Source of the DNA: a candidate division WOR-3 bacterium
GTDB taxonomy: Bacteria; Hydrothermota; Tepidihabitantia; SM23-42; JAOAFX01
NCBI GenBank assembly: GCA_037444665.1
Contig: JBBILZ010000045.1
Coordinates: forward strand, 1-19,825
DNA: 19,825 nt
Reading direction: 5' to 3'
The notes under the pieces are model-generated. The model was not told where the DNA came from and ran no database searches. It saw only the letters and a program-made list of their open reading frames with translations. A program made the position numbers and the translations under genes. Positions within the stretch are counted from its first letter, which is position 1; every line of letters starts with the position of its first letter. Shown here one piece after another: positions 1 to 8,100 of the stretch.

Positions 1-78
1 TTAAAGGCAAATGCCGGAACTCAATTTGACCCTGCAATTGTTAGGATCTTCATAAAATATATCACAAGCAAAAAATAG
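1..78 (+). CDS. 3' end of an HD-GYP domain protein (cyclic di-nucleotide phosphodiesterase family), truncated by the window edge
   Basis: Frame 1 reads LKANAGTQFDPAIVRIFIKYITSKK*, stop TAG at 76-78. 'GTQFDP' followed by a helix is the typical C-terminal motif of HD-GYP domains. Confidence 0.8.
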   Translation, partial: LKANAGTQFDPAIVRIFIKYITSKK

Positions 79-164
79 AACTGCGCAAAATTAATTGTTC
101 CCAAATTTTTATCTGACTAAAATCATTGCTCTTTGTTTTTGCTTGCCAAAATTTGTTTGCAGTT

Positions 165-317
165 GTAATAGGTTAGCCATTCTAAAAAAATGGAATTAAA
201 TCAATGTAGTTGCCCAATTTCCCGAAGGGACTCTCGTCCCATCGGGACGGAGCATTGGGCTCTTTTTGGTGCTTGATAAATCAAGCAACTACAATTTCAG
301 GGTGGCTAAACCATTAT
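165..317. mobile_element. Possible MITE-like element with imperfect terminal inverted repeats and flanking direct repeats, enclosing a REP doublet
   Basis: TAATAGGTTAGCCATTCT (166-183) matches the reverse complement of 299-316 (TAATGGTTTAGCCACCCT) at 14/18. TTTGCAGTT occurs directly outside both ends (156-164, 317-325). No coding capacity. Confidence 0.4.
205..293. repeat. GTAG-family REP doublet (REPIN-like); left REP interrupted by a 33-nt palindromic insert
   Basis: Right unit 271-293 on the minus strand is TGTAGTTGCTTGATTTATCAAGC (GTAG plus hairpin). Left unit is TGTAGTTGCCCAATTT[221-253]ATTGGGC, which becomes the same 23-nt architecture when the insert is removed. The two units are inverted and lie between convergent genes. 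Confidence 0.7.
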
Positions 318-327
318 TTGCAGTTTT

Positions 328-1248
328 TTAGGGTGTAAGGATATATCCGGTAAAGGTTAAGACTGCATTACCTCCGACTTTAACACGGAAGATCTGATCA
401 CGACTGCATTCTACATGAACATATACCTTGCCCTGACGATTCTGCAAATAGCCCTGTTCAACAATAATTCTTGAAAAATTGCTCGGCTCAATCAATTTTT
501 TTCTGATCAGATAACAACCAAGGCTACCTGCAGCAGCACCAGAGATTGGGTCTTCATTTATACCGACTACAGGTGCAAAATGTCTCATAAAAGCAGTATC
601 TCCAGTCTCAAAAGTTTCAAGGCAAAAGGCAATAATACCATGGATACCCAATCTGATACAGAAGTTGTTCATAAAAGTAAAATCAGGGTTGAGGTTTCTC
701 ATCAAATCAAGTGATTTTATCGGCACAATCAAGTCATAAAAACCTGTTGAAATAATATCAAATGGCAGATTGGCTGAAGTTAAATCGTGCTGGCTTATAC
801 CCAAAATCCTTGAGAGTTGAACTGGATTTATTTCAATGTCAAGATAATTGGGCTTTGCCAGGGTCATTGTGGCACGTGTTATTTTGTTCTCTTTGACACG
901 AAGTTCAACTAACTGAATGCCTGCCTTTGTTCTCTGCCTTATGGTTGTTTCTGGCTCTTTTAGATTAAGGATATTTTCACCGCTTAAGGCAAAATAGGTG
1001 GCAATTGAGCCATGTCCAGAGAAATTTATTTCACCTGCTCCAGTAAAGAATCTCAAATTTATATCTGCCTCATGGGTTGCTTCAGGTAAGATAAACACCG
1101 TATCAGAGACTGGATTCAAATCATTGGCAAGATTTTTTAGGTCCTCGTCCTTAGTATCTTCTGCTCCCATTACGACCCAGGCAGGATTGCCACCATACGG
1201 AATTGAGGTAAATACACTCAATTTTTTTGCCTTTACCCACTTTGCCAT
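328..1248 (-). CDS. PhzF-family (DAP-epimerase fold) isomerase/epimerase
   Basis: Motifs VFT...GGNPA, SDTVF, LRFFT..EINFSGH, R.FAP.VGINEDPISGAA, EQG....RQG, VKVGGNAV; 306 aa. Confidence 0.9.
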   Translation of the reverse strand: MAKWVKAKKLSVFTSIPYGGNPAWVVMGAEDTKDEDLKNLANDLNPVSDTVFILPEATHEADINLRFFTGAGEINFSGHGSIATYFALSGENILNLKEPETTIRQRTKAGIQLVELRVKENKITRATMTLAKPNYLDIEINPVQLSRILGISQHDLTSANLPFDIISTGFYDLIVPIKSLDLMRNLNPDFTFMNNFCIRLGIHGIIAFCLETFETGDTAFMRHFAPVVGINEDPISGAAAGSLGCYLIRKKLIEPSNFSRIIVEQGYLQNRQGKVYVHVECSRDQIFRVKVGGNAVLTFTGYILTP

Positions 1249-1254
1249 ATTGAA

Positions 1255-1282
1255 ATAATATACAAATTTCGTAAATTGTCAA
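1255..1282 (-). promoter_or_regulatory. sigma70-type promoter for the PhzF-family gene, probably leaderless
   Basis: TTGACA (1282-1277), 16 nt, TATTAT (1260-1255), 6 nt, ATG (1248). No Shine-Dalgarno. Confidence 0.7.
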
Positions 1283-1286
1283 TATA

Positions 1287-1324
1287 AAATTTAAGGGGGC
1301 GGGTCATCCCGCCCCCTTAAATTT
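1287..1324 (-). terminator. Intrinsic terminator downstream of the AAA ATPase
   Basis: Perfect 17-bp inverted repeat AAATTTAAGGGGGCGGG-tcat-CCCGCCCCCTTAAATTT, 7 nt after the ATPase stop. U-rich on the minus strand; may be bidirectional. Confidence 0.85.
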
Positions 1325-1331
1325 GCTTTGT

Positions 1332-2741
1332 TCAGGATTTGATGCACTGAAATGTGTGATTCTGCATAAACCCGATATTTTTCTGGGCCTGCCCTTTTGC
1401 CTTTTGCATTTCTTTTTCTGCAAATTTCATAAGCGCGGACATCGTCAATTTTTTCTGATGCCTGCTTGCACAATCCATTACCGCATTCAAAATAGCATTT
1501 TTAATCTCTCCGCCAGTGAGCTCATATCGTCTGCCCAGTTCTCCAAAATCCACATCTCTGGCAATAGGCGCCTTCGCAGGAATTAATGCTCGCCATATCT
1601 TTGCCCTTTTAACTGGTCCAGGTATGTCAAATTTTAATTTTAAAGTTATACGTCGGTCAAATGCTTCATCCAGAACGACTTCTCTGTTCGTGGTCAGAAT
1701 AACTATACCTTCAAATCGCTCAATCTCTTGCATAAGAATATTTGTCATATAATTGTGCAATCTGTCCGTACTATGTATTTCAGGAAGGCGACTGGCAAAT
1801 AATGCATCTGCTTCATCAAACACAAGCACGCAATTCTCTTTTTTTGCCTGCTCAAAAGATAATGAAACATGCTTTTCTGAATCACCTACCCATTTACCCA
1901 GAAGTTGGGCATATTTTACAATGCCAATCTTTTTTCTCATACTATGGGCAATGGCTTCACTGGTTGCGGTCTTGCCTGTTCCTGGTGGTCCATAGAAAAG
2001 TATCGTTGTTCCTTTGCCATATTTAATCGTCTTATCAAAACCCCATTTTTCAAAAACAGTGTGCAGATATTTTGCTTGAAATAATATCCGTTTAATTTCA
2101 TTTTTTTCCTCGTCATCCAGCACAATTTGGTCTAAACTTAATAAAGGTTTGCGCACTTCCAGAATATTTATTGGCTGATTTCCTTCCATTGATTTTTCAA
2201 AAATATTAGATAGTTCTCTTTGCTCACCAGCCATCAGTTTCACAACATTTATTGAAAGTGCAAAAGTAGCTTCAAACATTATACTTGGATTATAATTACT
2301 GACAATTTCAATAAGATTCTTTTTTAAAAGATTATCAAAGATCTTGCTTTTTTCTATAAATTGCACTGGTTTATATCCAAGAAGCATCAACAGTTCTCTG
2401 CCATTTCTGTCTGTAACATTGTTGTCTATTTCTTCGAAAAACATCAGCAATAAGATATACTTTTCTTCATTTGACAACCTGTGCTTCTTAACCATGGTTT
2501 CAAAAGGAATTAGAATGCCTGAATGTGCTGCTTCTTTTACAATTTGTGCCAATTCCTGTTCTGTTTTATGTATTAATGCCCTTATAGCCCGAAGATTTTT
2601 TTTGCAATGACTAATTTCATCTCTATTTTCATTAAATTCATAGTCCTGTAAGCGATTTATCCAATCCTTACGAATATAAAAAAGCCGATAAAGCCTATGC
2701 GCAGTTTCAAGATAATTGGTATTTAATTTTTCGACCTTCAT
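1332..2741 (-). CDS. AAA+ ATPase (single classical AAA module) with an uncharacterised ~190-aa helical N-terminal region
   Basis: Walker A GPPGTGKT, pore loop KWVG, Walker B LVFDEAD, sensor 1 LTTN, SRH LDEAFDRR, lid LTGGEIKNA, C-terminal IGF. SD AAGGAGG upstream. Confidence 0.93.
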   Translation of the reverse strand: MKVEKLNTNYLETAHRLYRLFYIRKDWINRLQDYEFNENRDEISHCKKNLRAIRALIHKTEQELAQIVKEAAHSGILIPFETMVKKHRLSNEEKYILLLMFFEEIDNNVTDRNGRELLMLLGYKPVQFIEKSKIFDNLLKKNLIEIVSNYNPSIMFEATFALSINVVKLMAGEQRELSNIFEKSMEGNQPINILEVRKPLLSLDQIVLDDEEKNEIKRILFQAKYLHTVFEKWGFDKTIKYGKGTTILFYGPPGTGKTATSEAIAHSMRKKIGIVKYAQLLGKWVGDSEKHVSLSFEQAKKENCVLVFDEADALFASRLPEIHSTDRLHNYMTNILMQEIERFEGIVILTTNREVVLDEAFDRRITLKLKFDIPGPVKRAKIWRALIPAKAPIARDVDFGELGRRYELTGGEIKNAILNAVMDCASRHQKKLTMSALMKFAEKEMQKAKGQAQKNIGFMQNHTFQCIKS

Positions 2742-2902
2742 TTTTCCTCCTTGTAATCATATAAATTAAAACCAATTATATCCTTTAATCCCAAATCTCT
2801 TTTATGGGTATAATAGAATTTAAACATATTATACCCGTCACCGTGGGTCGCATATAATTTTTTTACGACCCCTATAATTTCATCTTTTTTTAGGCTATCC
2901 AT
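2738..2902 (-). CDS. Unannotated 54-aa protein translationally coupled to the AAA ATPase
   Basis: MDSLKKDEIIGVVKKLYATHGDGYNMFKFYYTHKRDLGLKDIIGFNLYDYKEEK*. Strong SD AAAGGAGGT just before ATG 2902. The TGA stop overlaps the ATPase ATG (ATGA, 2741-2738). Shorter than any ORF in the supplied track. Confidence 0.7.
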   Translation of the reverse strand: MDSLKKDEIIGVVKKLYATHGDGYNMFKFYYTHKRDLGLKDIIGFNLYDYKEEK

Positions 2903-2923
2903 TTTTACCTCCTTTCTTAGCCT

Positions 2924-2958
2924 AAAAATAAAAAGCCCTGTTAAAAAACAGGACTTTT
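2924..2958 (-). terminator. Intrinsic terminator/attenuator inside the leader of the small-ORF/AAA operon
   Basis: Minus strand AAAAGUCCUGUU-uuuu-AACAGGGCUUUU followed by UAUUUUU. The U-G pair only forms on the minus-strand RNA. Confidence 0.7.
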
Positions 2959-2997
2959 CTCATTTGGGGACAATAATATCCCCATTATATATACCCT

Positions 2998-3025
2998 ATT
3001 TTACATATTTTTTCTTTTTTGTCAA
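2998..3025 (-). promoter_or_regulatory. sigma70-type promoter upstream of the structured leader
   Basis: TTGACA (3025-3020), 16 nt, TAAAAT (3003-2998). Confidence 0.7.
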
Positions 3026-3100
3026 GGGGGTAAATGCACAGTTAAATTTTTATTCTGCTTCGTGTCATTAACAAATGGTATCAAGGTTAAACATGGGGAA

Positions 3101-3209
3101 TAAAAGGATAGGAGAATATGTGGATTTGAAGTTGAGTGGTTTCGTGGATGTAAAGATGGGGAAATAGGAGATAGTAAGTAGTAGGTAGTAAGTAGTAGGT
3201 AGTATGTAG
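3101..3209 (+). repeat. Degenerate purine-rich 8-mer tract (3101-3164) followed by a 7-mer tandem repeat (3172-3209)
   Basis: 8-mers: TAAAAGGA TAGGAGAA TATGTGGA TTTGAAGT TGAGTGGT TTCGTGGA TGTAAAGA TGGGGAAA. 7-mers: TAGTAAG TAGTAGG TAGTAAG TAGTAGG TAGTATG TAG. Confidence 0.8.
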
Positions 3210-3277
3210 CGCTCAGTTTCAACTGGACGAAAAAATTTCAGATTTCTAATTTATGCTCGATAAATAGGGCACCTACA
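3205..3277. repeat. Second, more degenerate GTAG-family REP doublet
   Basis: 3255-3277 on the minus strand is TGTAGGTGCCCTATTTATCGAGC, the same length and layout as the REPs at 205-293. The left partner TGTAGCGCTCAGTTTCAACTGGAC (3205-3228) is inverted. Confidence 0.6.
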
Positions 3278-3290
3278 GTTTTATGAGGAT

Positions 3291-4205
3291 CTATCTTTTG
3301 AATAACTGTATTTTGTCAAAGTATACTGCACCACCTGCGCCATATTGAGTAGAGAGCGCAAAGGTGTCAGATATTGTCTTTGGCATAGCAGGAATGTTCT
3401 GCACAATTTTTTGTCCATTTATCCAGACATCCATTAAAAGGCTATCATAATTTATACCCACCTTTATATTATACCATAGATTCCTCTTCCAATTATATCC
3501 AGTAGCCTGGGGGTCCACCCCCCGCACATAGACCATACTGTCATTAAAATCAAAAAGCACACCATTGTAGATTGTGCCCAGAGTTGGATTGATTTTAACA
3601 AAGAATCCGGCAAGTGCACCAGTGGAGCATTGTTCAGGGATCATTAATGCATATTCATAAGTAAGTCTATTTAATTCTTTCAAATTAAGCTCAATGCCAT
3701 CGGTCCGCACCCATTGTGAAGAACCACAGAGTCTGAAACTTTTTATGCCGCTATAGATAAATGTAGTATCAACATAAGTACTTTCTCCATTACCTGGCCA
3801 GATCTGGAACCAGTATTGTGCAGGATAACTATCAACATAATAATATTCAAAATCATCGTAGAACAATAAAATATTATAAACCATCACCGAAATTGTTTCT
3901 GATGTTATATAGTCTCCATTCTTAAGCGATGCCTTTGCATATATATAGTGGATTGAACTGTCGGGCAGGGGAATGGTATTCCATAAATATGAGTACGGTG
4001 CATATTCAAAGAACTTTACAAGCGAATCATCAATAAAAAAACCAATACTCCATATATCATTGCCATCAGTTGCCTGCGCGGTAATCTCAACAATTCCTTC
4101 AACAATTGCACCGTCAGAGGGATTGGTAATTTCAATCAAAGGTGCTTGTTTTTTGCAACCTGACAGTATGATTATTATTAAAACAGGCAAAAGGTATTTA
4201 GACAT
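3291..4205 (-). CDS. Lipoprotein with bacterial Ig-like domain and C-terminal beta-sandwich (concanavalin/LamG-like) domain
   Basis: Lipobox IILSG-C after a hydrophobic stretch. 'IEITNPSDGAIVEG.V.ITA.ATD...FFIDD.....APYSY.WNT' is Ig-like. 'FYDDFE...W.NIKV.....VWING...VYFDKIQL' is a typical jelly-roll pattern. Confidence 0.75.
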   Translation of the reverse strand: MSKYLLPVLIIIILSGCKKQAPLIEITNPSDGAIVEGIVEITAQATDGNDIWSIGFFIDDSLVKFFEYAPYSYLWNTIPLPDSSIHYIYAKASLKNGDYITSETISVMVYNILLFYDDFEYYYVDSYPAQYWFQIWPGNGESTYVDTTFIYSGIKSFRLCGSSQWVRTDGIELNLKELNRLTYEYALMIPEQCSTGALAGFFVKINPTLGTIYNGVLFDFNDSMVYVRGVDPQATGYNWKRNLWYNIKVGINYDSLLMDVWINGQKIVQNIPAMPKTISDTFALSTQYGAGGAVYFDKIQLFKR

Positions 4206-4253
4206 ATTGAAAAAAATTTTAGATCCAAATTACACTCATTGAGTTATTATAAT

Positions 4254-5174
4254 CTATGCCTGGCCTGAAGAACCAAAGAGAAGTATCTTATCTTTTACTA
4301 CCTGCTTTATTAATTCACGGCTGTATCCAATTATCTTTCTGGGGTCAAATTCTGAATGATACTTGAGCAAAAATTCTCGGATGCCGGCAGTAAAGGCAAT
4401 CCTGATATCTGTGTCAACATTGATTTTTGAGATGCCGTTTTTTATTGCTTCATGTATCAGTTTATCAGGGACGCCGCGGGCATGTTCAATATTACCACCA
4501 AACTTATTTACATAATTGACCCATTTTGCCTTCACTCCTGAAGCACCGTGTAAAACAAGGGGAATTTTGACTCTATAGGCAATCTGTTTTAAAATATCAA
4601 TACGCAGTCGTGGTTTACCTTTAAACTTATATGCACCATGTGATGTGCCAATAGCAATAGCAAGTGCATCACATTCTGATTCTCGGGCAAATCTTTCTGC
4701 TTCTGCCGGGTTGGTGTACATTGCATCACTCTTTTTTACTTTTATATTGTCTTCAATGCCTGCCAGTCTGCCAATCTCTGCCTCAACCGAGACATTTCTT
4801 TTGTGGGCATAAGCCACAACCTTTTTCGTAAGCATTAGATTTTCTTTATATGGTAGATGTGAACCATCAATCATAACTGATGTAAAACCAGCTTTGACAC
4901 ATTCTTGGATAAGTTCAAATGTAGCACCATGGTCAAGGTGTAGCACTACGGGAACATTGGCTTTATCTGCACTCGTGCGAATTAGATTTGCGATGATTGG
5001 TAATCCAGCATAATTTATTGCTTTTTCACTTATACCAATAATCACCGGTGCTCGCATCTCTTCTGCAGCGCTCAAAATTGCCTGCGTAATCTCCAGATTT
5101 GAAGTATTGAAATGGCCTACTGCATAATGTCGTTTTCTGGCTAGCGGCAAAATGTGATTTAAATTAACAAGCAT
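4254..5174 (-). CDS. fba: Class II fructose-bisphosphate aldolase
   Basis: LHLDHG, SVMIDGS, VEAEIG, IGTSHGAYK, LVLHGAS, KINVDTD, FDPRK. Confidence 0.96.
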   Translation of the reverse strand: MLVNLNHILPLARKRHYAVGHFNTSNLEITQAILSAAEEMRAPVIIGISEKAINYAGLPIIANLIRTSADKANVPVVLHLDHGATFELIQECVKAGFTSVMIDGSHLPYKENLMLTKKVVAYAHKRNVSVEAEIGRLAGIEDNIKVKKSDAMYTNPAEAERFARESECDALAIAIGTSHGAYKFKGKPRLRIDILKQIAYRVKIPLVLHGASGVKAKWVNYVNKFGGNIEHARGVPDKLIHEAIKNGISKINVDTDIRIAFTAGIREFLLKYHSEFDPRKIIGYSRELIKQVVKDKILLFGSSGQA

Positions 5175-5181
5175 ATTCTTC

Positions 5182-8100
5182 CTAAGGTTTCTTCTTTATT
5201 TTTAGTGCCTTATAAATTTTTTCTGCCTGGTTAAAATATTTTTTTGCTTCTGAGCTCTGTATCTTTTTTAAGAATGTTGCATACTCGTAATTAATATCGC
5301 CGAGGAGTTTTTGATATCTATTTTTCTCACATAGGTTTATCGCCTCACCAAAAAATTGTTTTGCTTTTTTCTCGTCTATCTTACTATAAGCTCTGCCGAG
5401 GTTTATTAAGCATTCAACCTTTAAGTCCTCTGATTTTGTCTCTTCTGCAATCTGCAATGTAGAATTTAATATATTTAGTGACTCTTTAATTTTATTCTTT
5501 TTTATATTTATGCGCGCAATGCTATTCATTACCAAACCAATGAAAATTTTATTGTTTATTTTTTCAAATATATTTTTCGCAGCAGCGAGGTATTTGTTAG
5601 CCAGGTTCAACCGACCCAATTGTAAAAACACCTGACCGAGATTATATGAAGCAGAACCAATGCCCCTTTTATCACTAAGAAGTTCACTGATCTTTAAATA
5701 CTTTGTAAAAAGCACTTTTGCCTTATTATATTCAAACTGGTTCATTAAAACTTCGCCCATATTACCACAGGCAATAGCCTCTCCCCTTTTATCACCTAAT
5801 TCCTGGCTTGTACGGTAATAATCTTCAAAGAATTTTAATGCCCTATCATAATTGCCCATATTAAAATATATTATTCCCATATTATTGGATGCCGTACCAA
5901 TACCCGATTTATCACCTAACTCCTGGGATATCTGTAAAAATTTTTGATAAAGGTCAAGCGCAGTCGTATACTCCCCTTTGTGTTGATACACATTGCCCAA
6001 ATTACAATAAGCAACACCCATCCCTTTTTTGTCACCAAGTTCCTCGGAAATTTTTAAATTCATAGTAAATGAATCTATTGCCCGTTCATAGTCTACCCGG
6101 GCTTTAAATACTGTCCCCATTATATTAAACGCATCAACCTTGCTCTTTAAATCACCTGTTTCTTCAGCATTGTTCAGCGCCTTCTGACACAATTCAAGTG
6201 CTTGTGTGAATTCACCTTTTATACAATAGACAACCGAGAGATTATTATAAGCCCTGGTCAGGGTCTGCTTCAGTCCACTATCCCATTGCCAGTCTTTTAT
6301 GCCCTTTACAATTTCAATTGCTTCTAATCCTTTTTTCTCAGCAATCTCCATCTTTCCCTTTATCCGATAGAGCCAGCATTCAAGGCTACTAATATTTGAC
6401 AGTTCCATAAGGACATTTTTATTGGAAAGGTCTTTTGCTAATTTCAAACAATCCCTTGCTTTAGATAGAAGTTCTAATGCACGGTCATAATCACCAAGAT
6501 TTTTAATAACATTTGCCTGACGCCGCAAACTCCTTGCATTCAAAATTGAATCACCTTGCGCATATTTCAAAATACTGCGATAAGAACTCAATGCACTTTG
6601 GTAATTTCCGATCAATTCGTAAATGATTCCTAATTTTTCATAAATGCGTGCAGTCATACCTGCCATTGAATCAGGAATCATCTCAAGACATTTTTTATAT
6701 ATCTCAATTGCTGCATCGTTCAAATACAAATCTTTTTTCTGGTCACCAGATTTTTCCATGTATTCAACTGCTTTAACAAGATCGCCGCCCAGATAAAAAT
6801 GATTTGACAGGGCATCAAAATATTCATCAATGGTTAAACTGTATATCTTCTCCATAATATAGCCAATCTTCTGATGATATTCTTTCTGCTCTTTTTTTAA
6901 TAACGAATTATACACTGCGTCACGGATAATACTGTGTGTAAAACTGAATTTTTCTTCATCTGCTGAGGTCTTTTCACCAATTGATTGAATGATATTCTGT
7001 TGCGTAATATAAACAAGATTTTGCCTCAGGCGTTCTTTACCTGGTATCAATGCATTAAGGAGTCTAAAAGAAAATTGCTCACCAATGACTGCGGCAATAT
7101 TCACAACATACCTCAAATCTGTAGGCAATCTATCTATTTTTGTCATTATCAGTTCATCAAGGCTGCGCGGAATAGCAATGTGTAAGTTTTCGTTTATCTG
7201 GGCAATTCCACCTTGCACATAGATAATGTTGTCTTTAATAAGACTGGTTGCAAGTTCACTGATATAAAATGGAATGGAGCCAGATTTATCAAGGAGTAAT
7301 TTTAGTAAATTATCAGCGATTTTATCACAATGGATTAAAGTTTTTAAAAGGGTAATTGTTTCATTCTCAGCAAGGGGTTTTAGTTCAAGTAAATTAAAAT
7401 AGGGAAGGTGCTTTATTTTACTGATATCATAACCCGGCCTTGAGAGTTTTAGTATGACAATCGGTTTATAACCTATAGTGCTGGCAAAATCATTTACAAA
7501 TTCAAGAGTTTCTTTATCAATCCAGTGACAGTCATCAAGTATCAAAACTACAGGTTTTACACTTGCCAATTTAAAGAACAATCTATTTATTGCTTCAAGT
7601 AAGAGCCTGCTTCGGTCTTCAACTTTCATTGAATCAAAATGGCTGCGCTCTGTTTTTGTTAAATCTGCAGAAAGAAAATATTTGTAGTATGAAATTTTTA
7701 TTTTTAATACGGAATCGTCCATTTTCTCTATAAATGATAGAATCCGATTGGAAATTTCTGCCGGCGTATCTGTATCAACAATACCAAAAACTTTTTTTAA
7801 AATTTCTTTTAATAAAAAATAGGGAGAATTGCTATGGTATTCTATGCCTTTTCCTTCCATAATAAAAATATTTTTATCTAATTGCTTTTTGAATTCATAT
7901 ACAAGTTTGGTTTTGCCAATTCCAGCCTCGCCGATAATGGCGACAATGCGGCCCCTGCCTGATTTAATCTCCTGAAAAATTTTGTTCAGGCGATTCAATT
8001 CAGCGGCTCGTCCAATCATCGGAATTTCTTCAATTTTCCGTTGCCCATATTTTGCCTTTGCTTTTATCGGTATGTAGACAAGAACTTTTTCTTTTCGCCC

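Noticed and set aside
328..1248. Phenazine biosynthesis cluster
   Set aside because: No phzA/B/D/E/G genes nearby; stand-alone PhzF homologues are widespread.
998..2610. Short antisense/alternate-frame ORFs over the PhzF and ATPase genes
   Set aside because: Shadow ORFs of well-supported genes, with no motifs or SD.
2960..2992. Purine riboswitch-like start (UAUAAU...GAUAU) in the ATPase leader
   Set aside because: Lacks the UCUACC junction, the second loop and the P1 closure; too short before the terminator.
3101..3209. Possible CRISPR array
   Set aside because: Units are 7-8 nt with no spacers; no cas genes in the window.
3022..3222. 66-aa minus-strand ORF (MKLSATYYLLLTTYYLL...)
   Set aside because: Translation of the 7/8-mer repeat tracts; no SD.
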